Positions 34,782-45,331 of a DNA stretch of 64,000 nt are shown one piece after another. The notes below the pieces were generated by a model. That model did no database searches. It had not been told where the DNA came from and saw only the letters and a program-made list of their open reading frames with translations. Position 1 is the first letter of the stretch. Each line of letters starts with the position of its first letter. The stretch is from Pseudomonadota bacterium (GTDB lineage: Bacteria > Pseudomonadota > Alphaproteobacteria > Rhizobiales > Beijerinckiaceae), in contig JAEWKP010000381.1 in NCBI GenBank assembly GCA_023393655.1, positions 2,626 to 66,625 on the forward strand, in the 5' to 3' direction. The position numbers were made by a program, and so were the translations under genes.

Positions 34782-35809
34782 CGCAGGATCTCCGTCGCCG
34801 CCTGCATGACCGCCTCGGCCGCGTCGTCGTCGAGGGCGGGATATAACGGCAGCGACAAGGTTTCATCGAAAAGGCGCTGAGCGATGGGAAATTGCCGCGT
34901 CGTCGGCCGGATATGATGCAGCATGACCGCGACCGGACGTCTGACAGCGATGCCCCTCTTTTCGAACTCCGCGATCACGTCGGCCAGCCTACTGGCACCG
35001 TCCTTCAAGCGGACAATGTAGCGGAACGGGGCCACCGTTTCGTCGCGGAGCGGAATGTCGATGTTGCGCAAAGACGAAAAGCGGCGATCATAAGCGTCGG
35101 CGAGATGCCTCCGTCTATCCAGAAGACCAGCAACCTGTCGCAGTTGCGACAGAACGAGAGCAGCCTGTAGGTCGGACATCGGATATAGGTTGAGCTTGTA
35201 GGAGGAGCCTGCCAGGCGCTTCATCGATCGGATCGTCTCGGCGTCCGCAATCGAGCGGCACAAAATGGCGCCACCTTCTCCGCCGGACAGCATCTTAGTC
35301 GCCTCGAAGGAAGTGATCGCGAGATCGACGCCACTTCCCGCGGCCTCAGGCGACGAGGGCCAATATTGCGCCCAGTCGACGATAAATTTCGACGTATCAC
35401 CGTAGCGGCTCATGTCGAGTCGGTGGCCAAACAACCACGGCAGAATGACGACATCGATCTTGGCGCCGGATGATGTCGCGACGTCAGCGGGGTCGATGCC
35501 ATATACCTCGTCACAATCCATCAGGATCGGCTCGGCTCCCAACGTTTCGACGACGCCGAGAACTTCGGGACAGACATAGGTCGGAAGTGCGACCTTGGAG
35601 CCGGGCTTGATACCTCGGATACCAAGCACGAGCAGGAGAGCCTGGCAGCCCGAGCCGACGACGACTGCATCGGCGAAGCCACAATGCTTCGCGAGCTCCT
35701 TCTCGAGCGTCGCCGCCGCCTGCCCCTCGGCCAGCATTCCGCTGTCGAGCACATGTTGCAATGCATGCAGATCGTGCGCTGTCAGTTGAGGCCGACTATG
35801 CGGGATCAT
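34778..35809 (-). CDS. DegT-family aminotransferase, divergent
   Basis: MIPHSRP start, SGCQAL, DWAQ, SFEATKMLSGGEGG, MSDLQAA, LSLPLYP. Confidence 0.85.
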   Translation of the reverse strand: MIPHSRPQLTAHDLHALQHVLDSGMLAEGQAAATLEKELAKHCGFADAVVVGSGCQALLLVLGIRGIKPGSKVALPTYVCPEVLGVVETLGAEPILMDCDEVYGIDPADVATSSGAKIDVVILPWLFGHRLDMSRYGDTSKFIVDWAQYWPSSPEAAGSGVDLAITSFEATKMLSGGEGGAILCRSIADAETIRSMKRLAGSSYKLNLYPMSDLQAALVLSQLRQVAGLLDRRRHLADAYDRRFSSLRNIDIPLRDETVAPFRYIVRLKDGASRLADVIAEFEKRGIAVRRPVAVMLHHIRPTTRQFPIAQRLFDETLSLPLYPALDDDAAEAVMQAATEILR

Positions 35810-36875
35810 CGAGCCGGCCGTAGGGATAGGCGTAGAAAAACGGGAAAAGTTCCGCGAGTTCATGTTTGCGTCGCCGGAAGAGATCCACGCCCGCAGCCGA
35901 CGCCCGGATAAGGTAGGTGTACGTCCGATCCTCGGCTCCGAATCCGGCCTTGAAGTGGTGCAACGAGGTCTGCGTCAGACCGGTACCGCCCCAGTTCCAG
36001 ACCCTCTCCCCTTGCCGGACAGCCTCGCGCATCCCCGACAGGATCAAAAAGGAAAGCGGCTGCCGCGGGCGGTCCTCGACCCGGATCGCCGGAGTCACAT
36101 ATTCGACCGTGCCGTTGAAGCTGAGTGTCAGCATGGCCGCCACCGGGCGATCTCGATCCATCGCGACAGCAAGGCGTCGCATGCCCGCTGGTATCGTCTC
36201 GCGCAGGGCGCTGAAATGCTGCCTTGGCTTGGAGCGACCGCCGAGCGCCGCGATGTTCTGCGCATGGGTATCGGCAAGGAAATCCCAGGCCCATTCCTCG
36301 TCTGTCAGTTGTTCGATGAAGCCCTGTTTCATACCCTTGCGAACGAGGTTCCGGGTCTTCTGGCCGAACAGCGCCAGAAGCCGGTCATCCAACCCGGCGC
36401 CGTCGTTCGGCAACGTTGTCATCTGGCCGATCCGGGCTTCTGTCAGGTCCGGACGATAGGCCCGCTCATAGACGCGGAGCGCACCGTTCTCGGCCGGCAG
36501 CAGCACAAGCGTCGACGACAATGCGCCGATGCGCTCGACTTCTTTGGCCAGCGCTTCCGCCAGCACGGTTCGAATAGCGTCTGCCTCCGGATCAGCCCGA
36601 TCGAGAAGAGCGGATCCGTGTGACCCCCACCAAGGTAGGCTGTTCACGACGGCCCCGAGGCCGACCGCAGTCGAGATCGCAAAAGGGAGTGCGCCGACGA
36701 GCTGGCCGTCGCGACTGGCCAGGAGAATCTGGATGTCGGCAGCGGTCGTTCGCTGCAGGAATGCGAGAAATTCCGGTGTGCCGTAGATGAGGTTGCCGGG
36801 ATCGCTCGCCAGCAGCGCGCGATACGCAGCCGAATCCAACCCGAACTCCAGAGACCGGATGGAAACCGTGATCAC
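35796..36875 (-). CDS. FemAB-like GNAT family acyltransferase
   Basis: [34 protein letters not shown]. Confidence 0.75.
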   Translation of the reverse strand: MITVSIRSLEFGLDSAAYRALLASDPGNLIYGTPEFLAFLQRTTAADIQILLASRDGQLVGALPFAISTAVGLGAVVNSLPWWGSHGSALLDRADPEADAIRTVLAEALAKEVERIGALSSTLVLLPAENGALRVYERAYRPDLTEARIGQMTTLPNDGAGLDDRLLALFGQKTRNLVRKGMKQGFIEQLTDEEWAWDFLADTHAQNIAALGGRSKPRQHFSALRETIPAGMRRLAVAMDRDRPVAAMLTLSFNGTVEYVTPAIRVEDRPRQPLSFLILSGMREAVRQGERVWNWGGTGLTQTSLHHFKAGFGAEDRTYTYLIRASAAGVDLFRRRKHELAELFPFFYAYPYGRLDDPA

Positions 36876-38740
36876 GCCCCGAGCCTCGCGACAAGCGGGG
36901 CCAGTATTGCATCGAGATGACGCTCGAGTTCGGCGTCCGAGGCAGCGGGAGGGCTTGAGCCGTCGATCCGGACATCCGGATGCTCCGGCGCTTCATAAGG
37001 GCTGGACACGCCGGTGAAATTTGGAATCTCTCCTCGAAGGGCGCGGGCATAGAGGCCTTTGGCATCTCGCCGCTGGCACTCTTCGAGCGGCGTGTCGACG
37101 AAGACCTCGATAAACTCGTCCGACTGGAACAGCCCGCGCACCATGTCTCGCTCGGCCCTGAAGGGCGATATGAACGAGCACAGCACAATCAGACCGGCTT
37201 CGGTCATCAGCTTGGCCACCTCGCCGGCACGCCGGATGTTCTCGACCCTGTCCGCGCTGGTGAAACCGAGGTCCCCATTCAGGCCCAGTCTCAGATTGTC
37301 GCCATCGAGCAGCATCGTATGCCGGCCCAGCTCGTGAAGCCGCTTCTCAAGCCCTTTCGCGAGCGTGGATTTGCCCGAGCCCGACAGGCCGGTGAACCAG
37401 ACGCAGACGGGCTGCTGCGATTTGAGCGCTGCGCGCGCCTGCTTTTCGACGAGCGTTCGTTCGGGCGTGATGTTGAGCGCTCTTCGCAACGCATGGCGGA
37501 TCATGCCTGCAGCGACCAGCTCATTGCTGAAGCGGTCAACCAGGATGAAGGCACCGCCGCGGCGGTTCTCAACATAGGGATCGAACGCCACGGCGCTCGC
37601 CAGCGACAAGTTCGCGACCCCGATTTCGTTCAGCGCTAACGTGTCGGCGGCCAGCTCTTCCTGCGTGTCGACGTTGAGCTTGTGCTTGAGCGAGGTCACT
37701 GATGCAGGAACCCAGCGAGGGCCGATCCGCATAAGGTAACCCCGTCCGGGGAGCAGCGGCTCACTCGACATCCAGATCAGGTTCGCCGAGAACTGATTGG
37801 CGACGGTGGGCGGCTTCGTGGCTGCCGTGAGCAGGTCTCCCCGTGACAGGTCGATTTCGTCCGAAAGGACGATGGTGACCGCCTCTCCGGCATTCGCCTC
37901 TGTCTGATCCGCATCGGGACCAATGATCCGCTCGATCCTCGTCGCGCCCCCCGAAATTGCCGAGATCACTGTCTCGCCGACGCTCACCGCACCGGAGCTG
38001 ACCGTTCCCGAATAGCCGCGGAAGTTGGCGTCCCGGCGGTTGACCCACTGCACGGGAAACCGGAACGGCTCGTCGACAGCGTCGCGCGCGACCGAGACGG
38101 TTTCCAGATGACCGAGCAGCGTCGGACCGCAATACCAGGGCATGGATGGGGACCGGGCGCTGACATTGTCCCCGAAGCGCGCGGAGACTGGAATCGCCGT
38201 AACCGAGCCCAGTCCGAGCTTAGCCGAAAGACACTCGAAATCGCCGACGATTCTGGCGAAAGAGCCTTCGTCGAAATCGACCAGATCGATCTTGTTGACG
38301 GCCAGCACATAGTGCCGGATGCCGAGCAGCGAACAGATCGTCGCATGTCGGCAGGTCTGGACTAGCAGGCCTTTGCGGGCGTCGACGAGCAGGATCGCCA
38401 GGTCCGCGCTGGATGCGCCGGTCGCCATGTTGCGCGTGTATTGCTCGTGGCCGGGCGTGGCGGCGACGATGAAGCTGCGCCTCGGAGTGGCAAAGTAGCG
38501 ATAGGCGACGTCGATCGTGATACCCTGCTCGCGCTCGGCTTCGAGACCATCGACGAGCAATGCGAGGTCAGTCTCCGCCCCGGTCGTGCCGTGACGCCGC
38601 GAATCCCGCTCCAAGGCTGCCAGCTGGTCGTCAAGGATCTGGCCGGCCTCCAGCAGGAGCCGCCCAATCAGCGTCGATTTGCCGTCGTCGACCGACCCGC
38701 AGGTCAAGAAGCGCAGCAGCGAAGGGCTCTCCGGGCGCAT
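36872..38740 (-). CDS. cysNC: Bifunctional sulfate adenylyltransferase subunit 1 / APS kinase (CysNC, NodQ-like)
   Basis: [22 protein letters not shown], then APS kinase motifs [12 protein letters not shown] and LLDGDNLR; start overlaps the cysD stop. Confidence 0.95.
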   Translation of the reverse strand: MRPESPSLLRFLTCGSVDDGKSTLIGRLLLEAGQILDDQLAALERDSRRHGTTGAETDLALLVDGLEAEREQGITIDVAYRYFATPRRSFIVAATPGHEQYTRNMATGASSADLAILLVDARKGLLVQTCRHATICSLLGIRHYVLAVNKIDLVDFDEGSFARIVGDFECLSAKLGLGSVTAIPVSARFGDNVSARSPSMPWYCGPTLLGHLETVSVARDAVDEPFRFPVQWVNRRDANFRGYSGTVSSGAVSVGETVISAISGGATRIERIIGPDADQTEANAGEAVTIVLSDEIDLSRGDLLTAATKPPTVANQFSANLIWMSSEPLLPGRGYLMRIGPRWVPASVTSLKHKLNVDTQEELAADTLALNEIGVANLSLASAVAFDPYVENRRGGAFILVDRFSNELVAAGMIRHALRRALNITPERTLVEKQARAALKSQQPVCVWFTGLSGSGKSTLAKGLEKRLHELGRHTMLLDGDNLRLGLNGDLGFTSADRVENIRRAGEVAKLMTEAGLIVLCSFISPFRAERDMVRGLFQSDEFIEVFVDTPLEECQRRDAKGLYARALRGEIPNFTGVSSPYEAPEHPDVRIDGSSPPAASDAELERHLDAILAPLVARLGA

Positions 38741-39639
38741 CAGAAATAGCCCTCGCGCTTCTTCTTCTCCATCGATGCGGCCTCGTCGCTGTCGATCAGA
38801 CGACCCTGCCGCTCCGAGGTCGTGGACGCCCTCATCTCGGCGATGATCGCATCGAGATCGGCGGCGGAGCTGTCGATCGCCCCGCTCAACGGATAGCAAC
38901 CGAGTGTCCGGAAACGGACCATCCGCATCTCCGCGCTCTCGCCCGCTTCCAGCGGCAGCCTGTCGTCGTCCACCATGATCCAGGTGCCGGAGCGGCGCAC
39001 GACCGGACGCGGCTTAGCGAAATACAACGGCACGACCGGGATGCTCTCGGCTTTGATGTAGGTCCAGATGTCGAGCTCGGTCCAATCCGACAGCGGAAAG
39101 GCCCGAACGCTTTCCCCCTGACGGATCCTTGTATTGTAGAGATTCCAGAGCTCCGGGCGCTGATTTCGAGGGTCCCAGACGTGCCCGGCCGAGCGGAACG
39201 ACAGCACTCGCTCCTTCGCGCGGCTCTTCTCCTCGTCACGGCGGGCGCCTCCGAAGGCGGCGTCGAAGCCATATTCGTCGAGCGCCTGCTTTAGAGCTTC
39301 GGTCTTCATCACCTGGGTGTGCAAGGCAGAGCCGGAAGCGATCGGGCCGATGTCGCGCCGAATTCCTTCGGGGTTGATGTGGACGATCAGATCGAGACGA
39401 TGGCGCTCAGCCACCGCGTCACGGAACGCAATCATCTCCCGGAACTTCCAGCGCGTATCGACATGGAGAAGCTTGAACGGCAGCGGCCCTGGCCGGAACG
39501 CCTTTAGCGCCAGATGGAGCAGTACCGAGGAGTCCTTGCCGATCGAATACAGCATCACGACGTTGCTGAACTCGGCGACGACCTCGCGCAGGATCTCGAT
39601 GGAATTCGCTTCGAGCGCTCGCAGATGCGCAGTTTTCAC
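38740..39639 (-). CDS. cysD: Sulfate adenylyltransferase subunit 2 (CysD, NodP-like)
   Basis: [44 protein letters not shown] start at 39639. Confidence 0.95.
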   Translation of the reverse strand: MKTAHLRALEANSIEILREVVAEFSNVVMLYSIGKDSSVLLHLALKAFRPGPLPFKLLHVDTRWKFREMIAFRDAVAERHRLDLIVHINPEGIRRDIGPIASGSALHTQVMKTEALKQALDEYGFDAAFGGARRDEEKSRAKERVLSFRSAGHVWDPRNQRPELWNLYNTRIRQGESVRAFPLSDWTELDIWTYIKAESIPVVPLYFAKPRPVVRRSGTWIMVDDDRLPLEAGESAEMRMVRFRTLGCYPLSGAIDSSAADLDAIIAEMRASTTSERQGRLIDSDEAASMEKKKREGYF

Positions 39640-42269
39640 GAAAGGAGCTTTCTCATCAGGCGCCGCGCCAGACCAACCGGCCTGCCGTGACGCTCGCCAT
39701 ATCCGCCGTTTTGGGCGCTGGATATCCGCCCGCGAGTGGCGAATCCCGGCGCGATCATGCCAGCCGTCGGAGCAACTTCTTTCCCCGCGTCCCGCTGGGA
39801 GAACCAAGTCAGCGCATCGCCTAGGTTCATCGCGGCAAAGCCGTCGCGCTCCACGAGGCGATGCGCCGCCTCGTGCATGGCGGCCGCCCTCTCGTGATTG
39901 GCAGGGTGGAGATTGAGCACGATGATACCCGGTACGCCGCTGTCCAGAATGCGCTGGGCCAGGGCCTGCACCGCATCGAGGGCCTGCTCGTCGGTCCATT
40001 CGTGAACGAAGAACACGCCGTCGCCGAACGCCGTCAGCAGGCTCCAATGGGGGGTGAGCGCGCCGTCGAGTGCCAGCCGGGCCGGCAGGAGCGAGCCGTT
40101 CAGGACGCGGCCGTCGAACCCCGGCAGATTGCTCGACGCTACGATGCCCTCCGCGATCCACGGGCCGGCATGGCCCCAGTAGCCGTCGTTGAGGAAGCCA
40201 TGATTGCGGACCAGCTTCGGACGGTGGCCCGTCAGATCCGAAAACCAAGCGCATTGTTCGCGCAGTCGATCAGCATACGCGCCCGGAGTGTCCAAAGCAT
40301 CCGGGTGGAGCTCCCATTCCACCGCGCCATTCCGTGAATACTCGGCAAGCGATGTCCGGTCGTGCTTGGTAAGCGGGTGCAGAAAATACGTAATGGGAAG
40401 GGCACCGAGCTTACGGCCTTGTTCGCGGTAATCGTACAGCGGAGCCTGATCGTCATCGCCGGTGACGATCAGGGCCCCCGGCGCGCCGAAAGGCAGCACG
40501 TCACCGACCTTAATACCGCCGAAACGGCACAAGGCATCGCGCAACGTCCACATCCACCAGTCGGCTTGGCGGTCATTCGAGCGGTCCGGGTCGAGTTGAC
40601 CTTCGAAAAGATAGGTCGGCCGCTCGCCGGCTATGCCCCACTGCTCTTCAGCAGGCCGATTGGCGGCAGCCGCCTGCGCGCCTTGGCGGATCAGCATAAG
40701 GTCGCGGTGCAGGTCGGTTCCGACGAGCAGAATGCCGGCCTTGCCCAGCGGCAACCAGACCCAGGTTGCTTCACCGCCAGGCGCAGAGACGACCGTGTGC
40801 CCGCGAGCGGCCGCGATTGTCTCGATCGCATGGAACGAACGCAGACGGCGCCAAGCTGCGCTCTGCTCAGCCGAGGCTGCGGTGCAAATCGTTTCCCGCT
40901 CTGCAGACAAAAGCGAGAAACTCACGTCGTCGAGAAAATCTTGCGCACGCGAGGGGCGTAGCAGGATCACGGGCTTTCCTGAGTCCGCGGCCTGCCGGGC
41001 GACAACCCAGGAACCGTCTATCGCCGCGTCGGCGACGACAACCGACGCCTCGTTCAGATCCGCGGACGCACCCGTCACTCCAAACAAGCGCAACTGGTGG
41101 ACGAGGCTGTCGACCGACCACGCAGGAGCTTGCTGCTTTGCCGAACTCGTCGAAGCTCCCAGTGAGCGCATCGTCGAAGGCGCTGCTTCGGCGGCGCTGA
41201 CCGCGCGGTCGGAATCAAGGAAGAGACTGCCCTGTATAATCGGAATAGCCCGGCCGCCGAACTTCCCTTTGAAAGAGGACACCTTCGCAATGGGCCATTG
41301 CGAAGGAACTTCCGGAAAGGTTGGTCCAAAGCGATAGGCCTCGAATCCCGCCTTCTTGGCTTCGAGAATGGCATGCCAGTGGATGAAGTCGTTCGGACGC
41401 ATTGCGAGCATGTCCGGATCCGACACCCCGGCGAGAAAGCTTACGCCTTGCTTTGCGGCGAGCAGGATCAGAGCTGCCGCGTCGCGCTCTTCGCTCCGGG
41501 CGAAAGCCACCAGAACATTGCCGCTATCGGCAAATCGTTCGAGGATTGCTGAGTAGTAATCGCTCGGGGGCAGCACCTCCCCAGTGCGTAGTGACGATTT
41601 TCGCGCGAGATCGAGATAGCGATCCAGGCGATCGGGCGCTTGACTGAGCGAGAAGGTGAGCCCAGCCTTCTGGGCTTTGCGGACCGCACGTCTGCAGGCT
41701 TCGTCCAGCCCTAGCCAAATCTCCTCCTCCGCCTCGCGGAGATCGACGATCTGGTCGGCATTGCAAACTGAGAATCCAGGAGCGGGCTCCATGCCGGTGG
41801 GGCCGAAGCCAAGGCCTAGCTGGAAGCCGTGCTCCGTGACCCAAAACGGAATGTGTTCGCGATCCGCCGTCCTGTTGCGCGGAGCGAGGTTGTGGGAGTT
41901 GAGCTGGACCCGGTGCGCGCCGAACGAGCGTGCGACGTCCAAGATCGCCTGCATAGCAGCGCTGCGAACGCGCGCTGCGTTGCTCTTGGCCAACCCTGCT
42001 CGCAATGCGGTTCCCGAGTGCCGGTGTATACCGCTATGGATGAGGATTTCTGCGTTTGGAGTCCCATGTGCCGCGTCGCTCAGATAAAGCGGCTGGACAG
42101 CGACCAGCCCGCTACGGTCGGAAACGGCAAAAGACAGATTGCGACGGACGAAGAACTCGGTTTCGATCGCGATCCAGTCGGACCTATGTGTAAGCCAGGC
42201 ATCTGGCGAACTTTCGACAAGCGCATCCCATTCATTCCGAGTCACCTGCGCGAAGCGAACGATGTTCAT
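39636..42269 (-). CDS. Multidomain protein: FemAB-like GNAT plus C-terminal deacetylase-like domain
   Basis: N-terminal part RRAVRKA, PNDFIHW, FKGKFGG; C-terminal part VTGDDD, ITYFL, WELHP, RNHG, NLHP. Confidence 0.65.
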   Translation of the reverse strand: MNIVRFAQVTRNEWDALVESSPDAWLTHRSDWIAIETEFFVRRNLSFAVSDRSGLVAVQPLYLSDAAHGTPNAEILIHSGIHRHSGTALRAGLAKSNAARVRSAAMQAILDVARSFGAHRVQLNSHNLAPRNRTADREHIPFWVTEHGFQLGLGFGPTGMEPAPGFSVCNADQIVDLREAEEEIWLGLDEACRRAVRKAQKAGLTFSLSQAPDRLDRYLDLARKSSLRTGEVLPPSDYYSAILERFADSGNVLVAFARSEERDAAALILLAAKQGVSFLAGVSDPDMLAMRPNDFIHWHAILEAKKAGFEAYRFGPTFPEVPSQWPIAKVSSFKGKFGGRAIPIIQGSLFLDSDRAVSAAEAAPSTMRSLGASTSSAKQQAPAWSVDSLVHQLRLFGVTGASADLNEASVVVADAAIDGSWVVARQAADSGKPVILLRPSRAQDFLDDVSFSLLSAERETICTAASAEQSAAWRRLRSFHAIETIAAARGHTVVSAPGGEATWVWLPLGKAGILLVGTDLHRDLMLIRQGAQAAAANRPAEEQWGIAGERPTYLFEGQLDPDRSNDRQADWWMWTLRDALCRFGGIKVGDVLPFGAPGALIVTGDDDQAPLYDYREQGRKLGALPITYFLHPLTKHDRTSLAEYSRNGAVEWELHPDALDTPGAYADRLREQCAWFSDLTGHRPKLVRNHGFLNDGYWGHAGPWIAEGIVASSNLPGFDGRVLNGSLLPARLALDGALTPHWSLLTAFGDGVFFVHEWTDEQALDAVQALAQRILDSGVPGIIVLNLHPANHERAAAMHEAAHRLVERDGFAAMNLGDALTWFSQRDAGKEVAPTAGMIAPGFATRGRISSAQNGGYGERHGRPVGLARRLMRKLLS

Positions 42270-43135
42270 GAGCGCGCGAAGCTGAACACGACGTTGAATC
42301 GATAACGAAAATACGGGTTCAGCGGGTGGATCTCGTGAAATGAGACACTCGCACCGATCTCACGGCCCAAGCGCACGAAGTCATCCTTCAAGAAATCGAA
42401 GGTCGTGATCATCGGAGTAACACTAATGGGCGCTGGGCGCTCGCCGTCGACCGGCTCACCTTTTACTAGTCTCGCCAATCTTTTCCAGAACCCTCTGCGC
42501 GCTGGTGCCACATGGGGCTCCGGCTCGCTGCGGATTGCCGGCTCAGCGCGCGCTGGATTGGCGCCGAACTTGCTGTCGAGCTCGCGAGCTACGGCGGCAA
42601 CGCGGTCGGGAAGGTCGGCAGCGCGTGTCCGGTCGGGAATCGATCCGACCAATACGCGCCCACCCGGCTTCACGACGCGCAGCATCTCGCGGATCAACGG
42701 TTCGCCGTCCTCGATGGAAGGAAAATTAGTGAAGACGTCATAGCAAAAGGCGCAGTCGAAGCTTGCGGCATCAAATGGCAGGCGCTCGCCTTCGGCCATC
42801 CGAAAGTGAGCGTTGGTCAATCCGAGACGTCGCGCGACTTTGAGAGGTCCCTCGGCTAAGTCCACGCCCGTAAAGCGGTCGACACGAGGCGCCACGAGCT
42901 GAGCCAGGAATCCAGCGGCGCTCCCCACCTCCAAGACAGACGAATCAGCCGTCGCCCCTGACAGATCGAGAATGCTTCGCGCCAGATCGTCGCGGATCGC
43001 AGTCTCCATCCAGACACGAGGGTCGCGTCCGGCGATGTAACATAGATCCTCATGACTTGGCGGGCCCGCAACCGCCTCGCCACGCATGTCGAAAAACGCG
43101 TGCAGCCCTTCGCGCCAGCTTTGTTTCTCAGTCAC
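42266..43135 (-). CDS. Class I SAM-dependent methyltransferase
   Basis: [29 protein letters not shown]. Confidence 0.88.
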   Translation of the reverse strand: MTEKQSWREGLHAFFDMRGEAVAGPPSHEDLCYIAGRDPRVWMETAIRDDLARSILDLSGATADSSVLEVGSAAGFLAQLVAPRVDRFTGVDLAEGPLKVARRLGLTNAHFRMAEGERLPFDAASFDCAFCYDVFTNFPSIEDGEPLIREMLRVVKPGGRVLVGSIPDRTRAADLPDRVAAVARELDSKFGANPARAEPAIRSEPEPHVAPARRGFWKRLARLVKGEPVDGERPAPISVTPMITTFDFLKDDFVRLGREIGASVSFHEIHPLNPYFRYRFNVVFSFARS

Positions 43136-44432
43136 GGATGGGCTCCACCTTCCATGAAATAACAGGGTCGTAAATGTAGCTGAACCCCCAGAGGCTCTCG
43201 CGAGAAACTGAGAACTGGCACGCTTTCTCTATGTAATGAAGTATCGAATCATCGCTCTTGGGCAGTTGGTGCCTGCATATTGAGGCACTAACCCAGTAGA
43301 TACCAGGCCCAAGCGATTGATCTTTAATCGTATACGTTACGGATCCTGACGGTAGCATCTCGCCATCGCTGTCGAGAAACGCACCGATATCATAGCCTTC
43401 AACGCCCATTACCGCCTGCAATCGTGCGCTATCGACACGCAGGCTCACGTAGATTTTCCGGTCGCTGGGTTTTCCTTCCCAGCTGATACGGATGTTCAAG
43501 TTCTGCCCCCGCCGGACGTGTGCGATCACGCTGCCCGCATCGTCCACCAGATCGACGTTCGTGATCCGGACCTCGTCGCCGGCCAATTCGTAGCGACCGC
43601 TCTCCGCTGTCTTGCGCAAGGACTCGTTCGAGGCCTTGTTCAGCGTAAGATTGGAGGCTTCCTGTCTGTCCCAAACGCTTTGGATGTAGGCCTTCGCCAC
43701 AGGCTCAGCCGCACCCTGCATGATCATGTTGCCTTCCTGAATCCAAATGGCGTGATCGCAGAGTTCCGCGATCATGCCATCTGAATGCGAGACGAACAGG
43801 ACGGTCGCACCGCTATCGCAGATTTCGCGGATGCGGCGCATGCACTTATGAACGAAGTAGCTGTCGCCTGCCGCGAGAGCCTCGTCGACGATAAATATTT
43901 CGGGATTGACGGAAATCGCCGTAGAAAATGTCAGACGCGCCTGCATTCCACTCGAGTAGGTCCGGAACGGCAGGTCGATGACGTCCTGAAGTTCGCTGAA
44001 CTCGATAATCCAGGGAAGGCGCTCCTCCACCTCATCGCGGCTCATGCCGATGCACATTCCGCCGGTGATGATGTTTTCGCGACCGGTGAAATCAGGATGA
44101 AAGCCGGTACCTAGCTCCAGGATCGCCGAAACGCGCCCATTCACCTCGACCGCCCCCGAGGTCGCGTCGAGCAGCCCAGTGATTATCTTCAGAAGCGTGC
44201 TCTTGCCGGAACCATTTGGTCCGATGATGCCGACGATCTCCCCGCGCCGCACGTCGAACGACACGTCCTTGAGAGCCCAATGCTCTCGGTGACGTGACCT
44301 GCCGGTGAGCACTTCGCGCAGGAGATCAGCATTGTTGTTGTAGAGACGATAGGCCTTGCTCAGCCCCCGCGCCCGAATAGCGAATTCGGGAGCGGGGATC
44401 GCCAGCTCATCGCTCCGTTGAGTCAGTGTCAT
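43128..44432 (-). CDS. wzt: Polysaccharide ABC exporter ATPase with C-terminal extension
   Basis: [36 protein letters not shown]-terminal Wzt_C-like domain. Confidence 0.92.
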   Translation of the reverse strand: MTLTQRSDELAIPAPEFAIRARGLSKAYRLYNNNADLLREVLTGRSRHREHWALKDVSFDVRRGEIVGIIGPNGSGKSTLLKIITGLLDATSGAVEVNGRVSAILELGTGFHPDFTGRENIITGGMCIGMSRDEVEERLPWIIEFSELQDVIDLPFRTYSSGMQARLTFSTAISVNPEIFIVDEALAAGDSYFVHKCMRRIREICDSGATVLFVSHSDGMIAELCDHAIWIQEGNMIMQGAAEPVAKAYIQSVWDRQEASNLTLNKASNESLRKTAESGRYELAGDEVRITNVDLVDDAGSVIAHVRRGQNLNIRISWEGKPSDRKIYVSLRVDSARLQAVMGVEGYDIGAFLDSDGEMLPSGSVTYTIKDQSLGPGIYWVSASICRHQLPKSDDSILHYIEKACQFSVSRESLWGFSYIYDPVISWKVEPIRD

Positions 44433-44467
44433 GCGGTTAACGTCCACCCAACAACAGAATTCCTAGC

Positions 44468-45331
44468 CTAAAGAACATTACCCAGGTAGGGCTTTACCCG
44501 CCTGAATACGGTAAGACCGACCAAGAATACAACAACCGCCATTACCGCGAATACAATCCACGCGAACCCATGACGGATCGATCCAAAGAAAAGCACATCC
44601 TGATAGACCCACACGATGTAACTAAATGGATTAATGTATAGAATCGGCCTCACCATCTGGGGAACCCAATCTGGTAGGTAAATTGCCGGAGTGAAATACA
44701 TCGAAATCGAAGTATAAATCGTAATAAATTCACGTATGTCGCGTATAAATGGGGTCGTCACTGACAGAAGTAATATCAGGCCAATCGAGAGCAGTACGTG
44801 CAGCGCGATCACGAAAGGCAATGCCAACACCATTAAGTTGAGACCGCCACCCAAAAAGAACTTGTATGCCAGCATGAGGGCAAAGGTCGGCGCGTAGATC
44901 AGGAAACACGCGATCACCGAAGAGATCGGCAGCGTCTCGATAGGAAACACGACCTGCTTTACCAGATTGGCGTTTCCGGAAAACGCGTTCGCGGCGCGTC
45001 CAAGCACGCCAGACATCAGCAGCCAAGGTGTAAGGCCAACAAGGATGTAACTCGTGTAATCACCGGGAAACGTATCGGTGACTGCCATCTTCGATCCAAT
45101 CACCACGCCAAAAATCAGCATGAAGGTGACGACGACCACCATAGGCTGTGCGTAGATCCAGAGCGACCCGAGCCCGTGTCCGGCATGTCCTCCCTTGATG
45201 TCGCGCAGAACCATTTCGCGGATCAGCGCGACATTCCGAACAGCCACTCGCAAAAAGTCCTGCGTCGCCTTTGCGATGGACGTATTCTGCGCGAGGTCTG
45301 GTGACAACACCTTCCGATGATCACTGCTCAC
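44468..45331 (-). CDS. wzm: Polysaccharide ABC exporter permease
   Basis: LGSLW..AQP, NANLVKQVVFP, RDI, YFTPAIY, INPF; several hydrophobic segments; GTG start inferred from the GTGA overlap. Confidence 0.9.
   Translation of the reverse strand: MSSDHRKVLSPDLAQNTSIAKATQDFLRVAVRNVALIREMVLRDIKGGHAGHGLGSLWIYAQPMVVVVTFMLIFGVVIGSKMAVTDTFPGDYTSYILVGLTPWLLMSGVLGRAANAFSGNANLVKQVVFPIETLPISSVIACFLIYAPTFALMLAYKFFLGGGLNLMVLALPFVIALHVLLSIGLILLLSVTTPFIRDIREFITIYTSISMYFTPAIYLPDWVPQMVRPILYINPFSYIVWVYQDVLFFGSIRHGFAWIVFAVMAVVVFLVGLTVFRRVKPYLGNVL

Noticed and set aside
36872..39639. cysD/cysNC as nodPQ of a nodulation cluster
   Set aside because: No nodABC or other symbiosis genes; the context is surface-glycan sulfation
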